Part shown: positions 37,671 to 45,664 of the stretch, in pieces
How positions within the stretch are numbered: the stretch's first letter is position 1
How the letters are laid out: each line of letters opens with the position of its first letter
Source: Thermodesulfobacteriota bacterium
GTDB lineage: Bacteria; Desulfobacterota_D; UBA1144; Nemesobacterales; N074bin48
Reading direction: 5' to 3'
Length of the DNA stretch: 45,664 bases
Assembly (NCBI GenBank): GCA_041572575.1
Contig: JBFFSH010000013.1
Coordinates: 1 to 45,664 of the forward strand
The notes under the pieces: model-generated
What the model was told of the DNA's origin: nothing
Database searches by the model: none
The model's input: the letters and a program-made list of their open reading frames with translations, nothing else
Position numbers and translations under genes: made by a program

Positions 37671-38045
37671 TTAAAATTTGATCCCCTTTTCCCTTACAGC
37701 CTCAGCCAAGGATTTAACCCTTCCTGTAAAGGGAAAACCACCTCTGTCAAACTTTATCGTATTTATACCTTTTTCTTTACATCTGTCTCCAAGTTCCTGC
37801 CCTACCAGTTTAGAAGCTTCGGCTTTACCGAGCTTATCTTTCTTTATCAGTTCCGAGATTTTCGGTGTAAGTGTAGAACATGAAACCAACGTGTTTTGAG
37901 TCGTATCATCAATTACCTGGGCATAAATATGTGAAAGTGATTTAAACACTGAAAGTCTTGGGGTTTGAGAATTACCCGCAACTTTCTTCCTCACACGTCT
38001 GTGCCTGAGGTTTTTCATACTCTTTCTGCTTTTTACTTTTATCAT
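37671..38045 (-). CDS. rplR: 50S ribosomal protein L18
   Basis: 124 aa. Confidence 0.93.
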   Translation of the reverse strand: MIKVKSRKSMKNLRHRRVRKKVAGNSQTPRLSVFKSLSHIYAQVIDDTTQNTLVSCSTLTPKISELIKKDKLGKAEASKLVGQELGDRCKEKGINTIKFDRGGFPFTGRVKSLAEAVREKGIKF

Positions 38046-38048
38046 TAA

Positions 38049-38603
38049 TTAAGCTCCCGTCTTAGCGCCTGATTTTCCAGGTTTTAACCTTGGCTGCTCC
38101 CCTTGATATCTAACACCCTTACCTTTATATGCATCAGGTACTCTTAACTGTCTTATCTTTGCAGCAGTCTGACCTACAGCTTCTTTATCAATACCGCTAA
38201 GAATCACCCTGGTTCCCCTTTCTTCAATAACCGAGGAGATACCTTCTGGAAGTACGAAGTCTATTGGATTAGAATAACCAAGGCTAAATTTTATACCCTG
38301 CTTGCCGGCTTCTTCAGCCTTATAACCTACTCCTACAATTTCGAGTGTTTTAGTAAAACCCTCAGAAACTCCGGTTACCATATTTGCAATAAGTGACCTT
38401 GTGAGTCCATGAAGTGCCTTGGCCTTGTTATCATCACTGCTTCTCTCAAATATTAATTTACCATCTTCTAGCTTTATTTTAATAAGATCGGAATAAGTAC
38501 GCGAAAGATTACCCTTGGGGCCAGTTACTTTTACTATGCCCTGTTTAAATTCGACTTTAACGTTATCAGCTACGGTTATAGGATTATTTCCAATTCTAGA
38601 CAT
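38049..38603 (-). CDS. rplF: 50S ribosomal protein L6
   Basis: 184 aa. Confidence 0.93.
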   Translation of the reverse strand: MSRIGNNPITVADNVKVEFKQGIVKVTGPKGNLSRTYSDLIKIKLEDGKLIFERSSDDNKAKALHGLTRSLIANMVTGVSEGFTKTLEIVGVGYKAEEAGKQGIKFSLGYSNPIDFVLPEGISSVIEERGTRVILSGIDKEAVGQTAAKIRQLRVPDAYKGKGVRYQGEQPRLKPGKSGAKTGA

Positions 38604-38615
38604 AAAAACCTCTCA

Positions 38616-39011
38616 TTACATTACTGTACATATAAACTCTCCGCCAAGCTTTTGCTCCCTTGCAGCCCGTCCAGCCATTATCCCTTTTGATGTAGAGATG
38701 ATTGATGTTCCAAGCCCGCCGCTTACTCTTGGTATTTGCGTACTTCCTACATATACTCTCCTGCTGGGCTTGCTAACTCTTGTAAGTTTCTTAACAACGG
38801 ACTCTTTTTTTGAACCGTGATATTTAAGCTCAACATCTAAATATTTAAACTTATTTTCCTGCACTTCTTTCACTTCTCTAATATACCCTTCATCCTTAAG
38901 CACTCTTAGTATTTCACTTTTTATCTTAGAGTCTGGAATTCTCACGCTAGGGTGTCCTGCGATAAGAGCATTTCTAATTCTCGATAACATATCAGATATA
39001 GGATCAGTCAT
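38616..39011 (-). CDS. rpsH: 30S ribosomal protein S8
   Basis: 131 aa. Confidence 0.93.
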   Translation of the reverse strand: MTDPISDMLSRIRNALIAGHPSVRIPDSKIKSEILRVLKDEGYIREVKEVQENKFKYLDVELKYHGSKKESVVKKLTRVSKPSRRVYVGSTQIPRVSGGLGTSIISTSKGIMAGRAAREQKLGGEFICTVM

Positions 39012-39044
39012 ATAATTTTAAACCTCTTTTTATTCTAATAGCCT

Positions 39045-39230
39045 TTACCAGCTGGCTTTTCTTACTCCTGGAAGCTTGCCAAAACTTGCAAGTTTTCTAA
39101 AACAAAGTCTGCACATTCCAAACTTTCTCATAAAAGACCTGGGTCTTCCGCAAAGCGGACACCTGTTTTTGACCCTTACTTTATATTTAGGCTCTTTATT
39201 CGATTTTTCAATTAATGCTTTTCTTGTCAT
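39045..39230 (-). CDS. rpsN: 30S ribosomal protein S14 type Z (zinc-binding, 61 aa)
   Basis: [21 protein letters not shown]4 motif. Confidence 0.93.
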   Translation of the reverse strand: MTRKALIEKSNKEPKYKVRVKNRCPLCGRPRSFMRKFGMCRLCFRKLASFGKLPGVRKASW

Positions 39231-39243
39231 ATGTCCCTCTTGT

Positions 39244-39798
39244 TTACTGTTTTACAAGCGGCATCCCCATGCCAATTAGAAGTTCTTTTGCCTGTTCATC
39301 ATTTATGGCAGTTGTTATAATTGATATATTCATACCTTTTGTTTTTTCTACTTTATTGTAATCGATTTCAGGAAAAATGGTCTGATCCCTAAGACCCAGG
39401 GTGTAGTTACCATTACCATCAAATGCTTTAGCTGATGTCCCCCTAAAATCCCTTACCCTTGGAAGCGCTATACTAACAAGCCTGTCGAAAAACTCATACA
39501 TTCTTGTACCCCTCAGTGTAACCATACATCCAACTGCTGAATTTTCCCTAAGTTTAAAACCTGCTATAGAATTCTTTGCTCTTGTGATAACTGCTTTCTG
39601 ACCAACAATTAAAGAAAGCTCCGATGCCGCGTCTTCAATGAGTTTATAATCCTTTCCCGCTTCGCTTAGTTTTCCAAGTCCCATGTTTAGGACTATCTTA
39701 TGCAGCTTAGGCACCTGCATGATATTGTTATAGTTAAATTTTTCTTTTAGCTGAGGTATAACCTGCTGCTCATAATGAGTTTTTAATCTTGCTGACAT
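39244..39798 (-). CDS. rplE: 50S ribosomal protein L5
   Basis: 184 aa. Confidence 0.93.
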   Translation of the reverse strand: MSARLKTHYEQQVIPQLKEKFNYNNIMQVPKLHKIVLNMGLGKLSEAGKDYKLIEDAASELSLIVGQKAVITRAKNSIAGFKLRENSAVGCMVTLRGTRMYEFFDRLVSIALPRVRDFRGTSAKAFDGNGNYTLGLRDQTIFPEIDYNKVEKTKGMNISIITTAINDEQAKELLIGMGMPLVKQ

Positions 39799-40142
39799 TA
39801 GTCTTTAAACTCCTCTTCACATCTTTTGCAGTACCTTATTTTTTCTCCATTCTCAAGCACTTTATTACCTGCCCTTGATGGCTTGGCACATTTTTTACAA
39901 TATAAAAGCATATTTGAAACCGGTATTCCTACCTCAACCTCATTAATTCCTCCGGTTGGACTTTTCTGAGTAGGTTTTGTATGTTTTTTAGCTATATTTA
40001 GTTTTTCAACTACAGCCTTATTCTTAACCCTGTCTATTTTTAGCACTTTGCCGGTTTTGCCCTTTTCCTTACCCGCTATAACATAAACAGTATCTCCGGT
40101 CTTTATATGAGTGCTATTCTTTTTTATTGCATTAGTCTTCAA
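39798..40142 (-). CDS. rplX: 50S ribosomal protein L24 with a C-terminal CxxC..CxxC motif. The start is revised to TTG at 40142 (the track calls 40163).
   Basis: KOW motif [18 protein letters not shown]. Minus-strand GGAGG (40152..40156) lies 9 nt before TTG 40142, which sits 2 nt after the rplN TAG. The track's TTG at 40163 would overlap rplN by 20 nt. C-terminus [28 protein letters not shown]. Confidence 0.85.
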   Translation of the reverse strand: MKTNAIKKNSTHIKTGDTVYVIAGKEKGKTGKVLKIDRVKNKAVVEKLNIAKKHTKPTQKSPTGGINEVEVGIPVSNMLLYCKKCAKPSRAGNKVLENGEKIRYCKRCEEEFKD

Positions 40143-40143
40143 T

Positions 40144-40512
40144 CTAAACAACCTCCGGCGCAAGTGAAATAATTTTCATAAATCCTTTGTTTCTAAGCTC
40201 TCTTGCAATTGGTCCAAACACTCGGGTTCCAATCGGCTCCATATCTTTTGTTATAAGCACTGCTGCATTATCATCAAACCTCACATACGAGCCGTCCTCT
40301 CTCCTCTGTTCTTTTCGTGTTCTTACAACTACTGCTTTTTGTATTGATCCCTTTTCTACCTTGGAATTAGGAATCGCTTCTTTTACAGAAACTACTATCA
40401 AATCACCTATTCTTGCATACTTTCTCGATGAACCTCCAAGTACTTTTATACAAAAGAGGTTTTTTGCGCCGCTGTTATCGGCCGAATCCAAAACTGTGTG
40501 GTGCTGTATCAT
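40144..40512 (-). CDS. rplN: 50S ribosomal protein L14
   Basis: 122 aa, ends LAPEVV. Confidence 0.95.
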   Translation of the reverse strand: MIQHHTVLDSADNSGAKNLFCIKVLGGSSRKYARIGDLIVVSVKEAIPNSKVEKGSIQKAVVVRTRKEQRREDGSYVRFDDNAAVLITKDMEPIGTRVFGPIARELRNKGFMKIISLAPEVV

Positions 40513-40817
40513 TGATCCTCTCCTGCAACTACTGCAGCTTCGTCTTTAATTTGCAAATCTGGTACAACCTTTTGTTGAATTATTTTGCTAACGCGCCATC
40601 TCTTTGTTTTACTGATTGGTTTTGATTCAGTGATCTGCACTTTATCACCCACGCTGCACTTATTTTCCTTATCATGCACCTTGTATGTAGAAGATCTTTT
40701 AATAGGCTTATTATATACTTTGTGTTTTACCGTGCTTACGATTTCAACAACAACAGTTTTATCCATCTTGTTGCTTTTTACTACGCCTATTCTCGTTCTT
40801 GCTTTTGCTCTTGCCAA
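40509..40817 (-). CDS. rpsQ: 30S ribosomal protein S17 (about 20-aa C-terminal extension)
   Basis: 102 aa, OB fold, conserved position. Confidence 0.9.
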   Translation of the reverse strand: MARAKARTRIGVVKSNKMDKTVVVEIVSTVKHKVYNKPIKRSSTYKVHDKENKCSVGDKVQITESKPISKTKRWRVSKIIQQKVVPDLQIKDEAAVVAGEDQ

Positions 40818-40821
40818 TTTA

Positions 40822-41025
40822 TTACTCCTTCGCTCCTTTGAGCTCGTTCTCTCTTTGAACAGTGTTTAATCTGGCTATCAGCTTTCTCACTCTGCCAACC
40901 TCGGACACTTTCGTATTTTGCTGTGTTGAAACCTGTACCCTTATGTTAAAAAGCTCATTTTTAGATTCTTCAAGCTTTTTTGCAATCTGATCACTGCTTA
41001 AATTTCTGATTTCACTTATTTTCAT
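40822..41025 (-). CDS. rpmC: 50S ribosomal protein L29
   Basis: 67 aa. Confidence 0.9.
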   Translation of the reverse strand: MKISEIRNLSSDQIAKKLEESKNELFNIRVQVSTQQNTKVSEVGRVRKLIARLNTVQRENELKGAKE

Positions 41026-41447
41026 CTTATACTTATCCCTTCTTCACGTCTTACCATTCTGGTTGCTAGTGGCAGCTTGTGTGATGCCAGCCTGAATGCT
41101 TCTTTTGCAAGCTCATCATTTAGACCGCCAATCTCATAAAGGATTGTCCCCCTTTTTATGGGTGCTACATATCCGTCTACATCTCCCTTACCTTTACCCA
41201 TTCTGGTCTCAGCAGGCCTTTTAGTGATTGGTTTGTGTGGGAAAATTCTTATCCACAGCTTAGCACCTCTTCTCACATGCCTTGTGATCGCAATTCTAGC
41301 AGATTCTATCTGCCTCGAAGTAATCATGCCGTTTTCGGTTGCCTGAAGACCAAAATCTCCAAATGCAAGGTAATCCCCTTTTGTAGCCTTGCCTCTAAGT
41401 CTACCTTTAAACTGTTTTCTGTATTTAGTTCTTGATGGTTGTAACAT
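41022..41447 (-). CDS. rplP: 50S ribosomal protein L16
   Basis: 141 aa. Confidence 0.95.
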   Translation of the reverse strand: MLQPSRTKYRKQFKGRLRGKATKGDYLAFGDFGLQATENGMITSRQIESARIAITRHVRRGAKLWIRIFPHKPITKRPAETRMGKGKGDVDGYVAPIKRGTILYEIGGLNDELAKEAFRLASHKLPLATRMVRREEGISIR

Positions 41448-41459
41448 TTAATACTCCAT

Positions 41460-42128
41460 TTATGAAGCTACCTGTGGCTGCTGCCTGCTAGTTTTTTTCT
41501 CTAATACTTCACCTTTAAAAATCCATACTTTTATACCAATAATTCCATACGTTGTTTTTGCTTCGGCAAGGCCATAATCGATGTCGGCCCTGAGAGTTGT
41601 AAGGGGAACCCTTCCTTCTCTATACCATTCTTTACGGGCAATTTCTGCTCCTCCGAGCCTTCCGGAAACCATTATCTTTATACCAATTGCACCAAGTCTC
41701 TGCGAGGATGACATGGAACGTTTCATGGCCCTTCTGTAAGCTACCCTTCTTTGAAGCTGAAGTGCTACGTTTTCTGCTACAAGCTGAGCATCGAGCTCAG
41801 GTCTTTTGACTTCTCTTATATCTAGATAGATGTCCTTACCTGTCATACTTCCCAGGCGTTTTCTAAGAGTCTCGATTTCCTGACCCTTTCTTCCAATTAT
41901 CATACCGGGTCTTGAACAGAAAATAACTACTCTTACCCTTTCAGATGCTGCCCTTTCAAGCTCAATCTTTGAAATTCCAGCCTGATAGAACTGGTCTTTT
42001 ATAACCTTTCTGATTTTAATATCTTCGTGAAGAAGCCTAGTGTACTTTTGCTTTTCAGCAAACCACTTGGAATCCCAACTCTTAGTTATCCCTATTCTAA
42101 GTCCTATCGGACATACTTTCTGACCCAA
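41460..42128 (-). CDS. rpsC: 30S ribosomal protein S3
   Basis: 222 aa with a KH domain. Confidence 0.95.
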   Translation of the reverse strand: MGQKVCPIGLRIGITKSWDSKWFAEKQKYTRLLHEDIKIRKVIKDQFYQAGISKIELERAASERVRVVIFCSRPGMIIGRKGQEIETLRKRLGSMTGKDIYLDIREVKRPELDAQLVAENVALQLQRRVAYRRAMKRSMSSSQRLGAIGIKIMVSGRLGGAEIARKEWYREGRVPLTTLRADIDYGLAEAKTTYGIIGIKVWIFKGEVLEKKTSRQQPQVAS

Positions 42129-42129
42129 A

Positions 42130-42468
42130 CTATAACCCCCTCTGCTCTAATACAATTTTTATATGACTCATTTTCTTTTTTATACTAAATGCTCTGCCCA
42201 TGGCTCTTGGCCTTATACGCTTGATAAAAGGGCCTTTATTAACAAACACCTCTTTAATATACAGGCTGTCAGTATCACTATGTCCTTTTTCCGACGCATT
42301 TGCCACTGCCGATTTTAAGAGCTTGGATATTATCTTTGCAGCTTTTCTGTTTATAAGCGAAAGAGTTGCAAAACTTTCCTCAACACCCCTTCCCCGGATC
42401 TCATCCAATACGATCTTAGTCTTTTTATGTGACAACCTAGCAAATTTTAATGTAGCGCTTGATACCAT
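42130..42468 (-). CDS. rplV: 50S ribosomal protein L22
   Basis: 112 aa. Confidence 0.93.
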   Translation of the reverse strand: MVSSATLKFARLSHKKTKIVLDEIRGRGVEESFATLSLINRKAAKIISKLLKSAVANASEKGHSDTDSLYIKEVFVNKGPFIKRIRPRAMGRAFSIKKKMSHIKIVLEQRGL

Positions 42469-42492
42469 GACAATTATCTTATCCTATATAAA

Positions 42493-42777
42493 TTATTTTC
42501 TGCCTTTACCCTTTCTATCCCCACCGGCATGACTATAAAATGTTCGTGTAGGAGAAAATTCTCCAAGCTTATGAGCAACCATGTGCTCTGTTACGTATAC
42601 CGGAATGAATTTCCTGCCGTTGTACACTGCAAACGTAAGCCCTATCATATCTGGCGTGATCATAGACGATCTAGACCAGGTTCTGATAACTTTCTGATCA
42701 TTCGTTTCTTTGGCTTTATCAACTTTCTTTTGCAGTTTAGGGTCTACAAACGGCCCTTTTTTACTCGATCTTCCCAT
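42493..42777 (-). CDS. rpsS: 30S ribosomal protein S19
   Basis: 94 aa. Confidence 0.95.
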   Translation of the reverse strand: MGRSSKKGPFVDPKLQKKVDKAKETNDQKVIRTWSRSSMITPDMIGLTFAVYNGRKFIPVYVTEHMVAHKLGEFSPTRTFYSHAGGDRKGKGRK

Positions 42778-42790
42778 AATTTCTCCTAAA

Positions 42791-43633
42791 TTAATCCATT
42801 CCGTAACCTATTCTTCTTCTCTTCAATATATATTTATCAGTTCGTTTATTATTTCTGGTTTTATATCCAATTGTAATCCAACCCCAGGGTGATACAGGAT
42901 GTGGGTTACCCTTTGTTGCTCTACCTTCTCCTCCGCCATGCGGGTGATCCACAGGGTTCATCGCAACACCTCTTACTACAGGCCTTTTGCCTCTATATCT
43001 CTTTCTTCCCGCCTTTCCAAGCACTATAAGCTCATGATCGGTGTTACCCACTCTTCCGATTGTAGCCCTGCAGTCCAAAGGTACAAGCCTAATCTCTCCG
43101 GATGAAAGCTTAATCTGAGCATATTTTTGCTCCTTTGCCATAATCTGCGCAGATGTTCCTGCAGATCTTGAAAGCTTGGCTCCGTTTCCGGGTTTAAGTT
43201 CTATATTATGAACTGTTGTACCATCTGGTATTCTTCTAAGAGGCAGGCTGTTACCCGTTTTGATTTCAACATCATTGCCGCTTACAATTTCATCACCAAC
43301 CTTTAATCCATCAGGTGCAGTGATGTATCTTTTCTCACCGTCTTTATATACCAAAAGAGCTATTCTTGATGTTCTGTAGGGATCGTATTCAATGGTGCTT
43401 ACCTTTGCAGGTATATCAATCTTATCCCTTTTGAAATCTATTATTCTGTAAAGCTTTTTATTCCCTCCACCTCTGTGCCACACCGAAATTCTTCCTTCGG
43501 AGTTTCTGCCGCCAGTTTTCTTAAGCTTAATCGTAAGTGGTTTATGGCTTTTTTTAGAAGAAATATCCGAATAATCAGATACCGTCATAAACCTTCTTCC
43601 AGCAGATGTAGGGTTATATTTCTTTATTCCCAT
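42791..43633 (-). CDS. rplB: 50S ribosomal protein L2
   Basis: 280 aa. Confidence 0.95.
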   Translation of the reverse strand: MGIKKYNPTSAGRRFMTVSDYSDISSKKSHKPLTIKLKKTGGRNSEGRISVWHRGGGNKKLYRIIDFKRDKIDIPAKVSTIEYDPYRTSRIALLVYKDGEKRYITAPDGLKVGDEIVSGNDVEIKTGNSLPLRRIPDGTTVHNIELKPGNGAKLSRSAGTSAQIMAKEQKYAQIKLSSGEIRLVPLDCRATIGRVGNTDHELIVLGKAGRKRYRGKRPVVRGVAMNPVDHPHGGGEGRATKGNPHPVSPWGWITIGYKTRNNKRTDKYILKRRRIGYGMD

Positions 43634-43635
43634 TA

Positions 43636-43923
43636 TTATACACCTTCAAAAAATTCAATATTTCCTTCTTTTAATTTTACGTATGCTTTTTTAACCGAAG
43701 AAGTCTTTCCTATTGCTCTTCCGTATTTCTTAACTGTTTTTCCCGGACTGATAGAAGTTCTTACCCTATCCACCTTAACTTTAAACAGCTTTTCTACTGC
43801 GTTTTTTATCTCAATCTTGTTTGATTTTTTATCAACAGAAAACAGATACCATCCCGCCTCTTTTACCATCGATGATTTTTCAGTTATTAAAGGTTTTTTT
43901 ATTACTTGAGTAGGATGGTTCAA
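43636..43923 (-). CDS. rplW: 50S ribosomal protein L23
   Basis: 95 aa. Confidence 0.93.
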   Translation of the reverse strand: MNHPTQVIKKPLITEKSSMVKEAGWYLFSVDKKSNKIEIKNAVEKLFKVKVDRVRTSISPGKTVKKYGRAIGKTSSVKKAYVKLKEGNIEFFEGV

Positions 43924-44537
43924 TGTGCTAGCACCTCTTGGACTTTAGTTAATGAATCAACCGTGAAAACTATATTTTTAAATTTTAGTATATCGTAAAC
44001 ATTCAGGCCTTCTGGTTTTAGGACTTTTACGTTTGAGAGGTTCTTGGATGATTTTTTAAGAACTTCATAATTGCCTGATTCTATTAGAAGGGTTGAGTTA
44101 ATATCAAATTTATCCAATATTGCAGAAACGTTTTTAGTCTTGATTTCTGATGCCTTAAAATCATCCAGCACTATAACACCGTTTTCACTGTTAGCATGTG
44201 AAAGTGCCGACAACAGCGCTTTTCTTCTAACTTTCTTTGGAAGTGAAAATGACCAGTCCTTTGGTTTAGGGCCAAAGGTTACTCCACCCTTTCTCCATAT
44301 AGGTGACCTGTTACTACCAGACCTTGCTCTGCCCATACCCTTTTGCTTCCAGGGTTTAGAACCTCCACCACTCACTTCACCTCTTGTTTTGGTGCAGGCT
44401 GTACCTGACCTCTTTTTTGCAAGCTGCCAGTTAATAACCCTATATATAATATCGCGGTTAACCGGAGCTTCGAACACAGTCGTTGCCAGGTCAATCGTAT
44501 TTACTTTTTTCTTATTAATATCGAATACGTCTGCCAT
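43920..44537 (-). CDS. rplD: 50S ribosomal protein L4
   Basis: 205 aa. Confidence 0.93.
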   Translation of the reverse strand: MADVFDINKKKVNTIDLATTVFEAPVNRDIIYRVINWQLAKKRSGTACTKTRGEVSGGGSKPWKQKGMGRARSGSNRSPIWRKGGVTFGPKPKDWSFSLPKKVRRKALLSALSHANSENGVIVLDDFKASEIKTKNVSAILDKFDINSTLLIESGNYEVLKKSSKNLSNVKVLKPEGLNVYDILKFKNIVFTVDSLTKVQEVLAH

Positions 44538-44550
44538 TTTATCTAATTCC

Positions 44551-45192
44551 TTAAACTCTTCCCTTTACAGTGTGTTTTAAGAATATGTGTGATCCATTAG
44601 GCCCGGGAACTGAACCTTTTACAAGAACAAGGTTATTCTCAATGTCTACTTTTACTACCTTAAGACCCTGAATCGTAAACTTCCTTGCTCCATAATGACC
44701 CGGCATTTTCTGCCCTTTCCAAACTTTTGCAGGAAAGGAAGCCTGACCTATTGAACCCACTCTTCTGTGTGCCATACCGCCATGTGAATCTCTCTGACCA
44801 CTAAATCGGTGCCTCTTCATAGCACCTGAAAAGCCTTTACCCTTACTTACTGATGTAACATCAAGGTAATCACCTTCAGCAAATATATCTGCAGAAACTA
44901 CGTCTCCGGCATTATATTTATCCGAGTCATTATTTAGTACTTTAAATTCTTTTAGCAGACCAAGCGGCGGTACTCCGGCTTTTTTAAACACTCCGGACAT
45001 CGCTTTATTGGACCTTTGCGGCTTTATCTCTGCAAAACCTAGCTGTACAGAATCATAGCCATCCCTTTTCTCGGTCTTTTTATCGACCACATAACAAGGC
45101 CCTGCTTCAATTATAGTAGTGGGTATAACTTCTCCTGTTTCCAAGAACAGCTCGGTCATCCCTTTCTTTTTACCTATTAGACCTTCTATCAT
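44551..45192 (-). CDS. rplC: 50S ribosomal protein L3
   Basis: 213 aa. Confidence 0.95.
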   Translation of the reverse strand: MIEGLIGKKKGMTELFLETGEVIPTTIIEAGPCYVVDKKTEKRDGYDSVQLGFAEIKPQRSNKAMSGVFKKAGVPPLGLLKEFKVLNNDSDKYNAGDVVSADIFAEGDYLDVTSVSKGKGFSGAMKRHRFSGQRDSHGGMAHRRVGSIGQASFPAKVWKGQKMPGHYGARKFTIQGLKVVKVDIENNLVLVKGSVPGPNGSHIFLKHTVKGRV

Positions 45193-45198
45193 TACCTG

Positions 45199-45519
45199 TT
45201 AATTCCCTGTTAATTTAATTTCTACTTCTACTCCGCTTGCCAGATCCAGTTTCATAAGAGCATCGACTGTTTGCTGCATTGGCTCTAGAATATCTACAAG
45301 CCTCTTATGCGTTCTGATTTCAAAATGTTCTCTTGAGTTTTTATCTACATGCGGAGACCTCAGCACACAGTACCTGCTAATCCTAGTAGGTAGTGGAACT
45401 GGCCCTGCTATTCTGGCACCGGTTCTTTTAACCGTGTCTACTATCTCTAAAGTAGATTTATCAAGAAGCTTATGATCAAATGATTTTAATTTAATTCGTA
45501 TTTTTGGAACTCGACTCAT
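45199..45519 (-). CDS. rpsJ: 30S ribosomal protein S10
   Basis: 106 aa. Confidence 0.95.
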   Translation of the reverse strand: MSRVPKIRIKLKSFDHKLLDKSTLEIVDTVKRTGARIAGPVPLPTRISRYCVLRSPHVDKNSREHFEIRTHKRLVDILEPMQQTVDALMKLDLASGVEVEIKLTGN

Positions 45520-45534
45520 AATAATTTTTTATCA

Positions 45535-45664
45535 TTACTCCAATATTTTAGTTACCACACCGGCACCTACTGTTCTGCCGCCTTCTCTTATTGCAAACCT
45601 CAGCTTCTCTTCCATTGCCACTTCTGTTATTAACTCCACAACCATGTTGATGTTATCCCCAGGC
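45535..45664 (-). CDS. tuf: elongation factor Tu, 3' end only (the gene continues beyond the window)
   Basis: Minus strand reads ...[42 protein letters not shown], the EF-Tu domain-3 C-terminus, 15 nt upstream of rpsJ. Confidence 0.93.
   Translation of the reverse strand, partial: PGDNINMVVELITEVAMEEKLRFAIREGGRTVGAGVVTKILE

Noticed and set aside
40142-40163. Tracked upstream TTG start of rplX at 40163 giving an MRRRLFRL N-terminal extension
   Set aside because: It would overlap rplN by 20 nt and lacks an RBS, whereas GGAGG plus the TTG at 40142 fits canonical spacing. Treated as an ORF-finder artefact, noted in the feature.
43475-44580. Plus-strand 144-aa and 169-aa ORFs antisense to rplB/rplW/rplD
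   Set aside because: They lie inside highly conserved ribosomal protein genes on the opposite strand, with no start context. Spurious.
1-45664. CRISPR arrays, tRNA/rRNA genes, integrases/transposases or prophage remnants
   Set aside because: No direct-repeat/spacer periodicity, no cloverleaf-like GC-rich 75-nt segments, and no recombinase-like ORFs were seen on either strand.

Overview
Bacterial chromosomal window, AT-rich. Gene content: 1..12153 (+) carries a conserved housekeeping block, with dnaX (5' partial), ybaB, recR, an enoyl-ACP-reductase-like SDR, cysS, then, after an insert of a minus-strand radical SAM/SPASM enzyme, a Cys-rich 93-aa protein and an NPP-type phosphodiesterase lipoprotein (4779..7181), nnr, tsaE, lysC and cimA. 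30183..45664 (-) carries a near-complete S10-spc-alpha ribosomal protein cluster (rpsJ to rplQ with secY, adk, map, infA, rpmJ, rpoA), preceded by the 3' end of tuf. There is no rpmD, S14 is type Z, L24 has an unusual C4 motif, and L17 has a roughly 150-aa acidic tail. The middle (12154..30123) reads like an envelope-stress / membrane-homeostasis accessory region. It holds: a co-linear pspF, sigma-54 promoter, pspA, YqiJ/NfeD-like gene, flotillin and a 124-aa orphan operon; a stand-alone cNMP-binding protein; a CspA-family cold-shock gene with a long leader and a bidirectional terminator; an 860-aa secreted metzincin with FN3 domains; a tightly coupled operon of a Zn-ribbon/DUF898 protein, an M48 peptidase and a Yip1 protein, followed by RmuC and DUF805 genes; a NhaP-type antiporter; a second Psp-related operon (LapA-like, GGCT-like, PspC-domain, 329-aa coiled-coil membrane protein); and an LLM flavin oxidoreductase. 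No CRISPR array, tRNA/rRNA gene, integrase or transposase was found. The most interesting candidates are the two Psp-linked operons and the DUF898-M48-Yip1 operon, followed by the radical-SAM/Cys-rich-protein pair.
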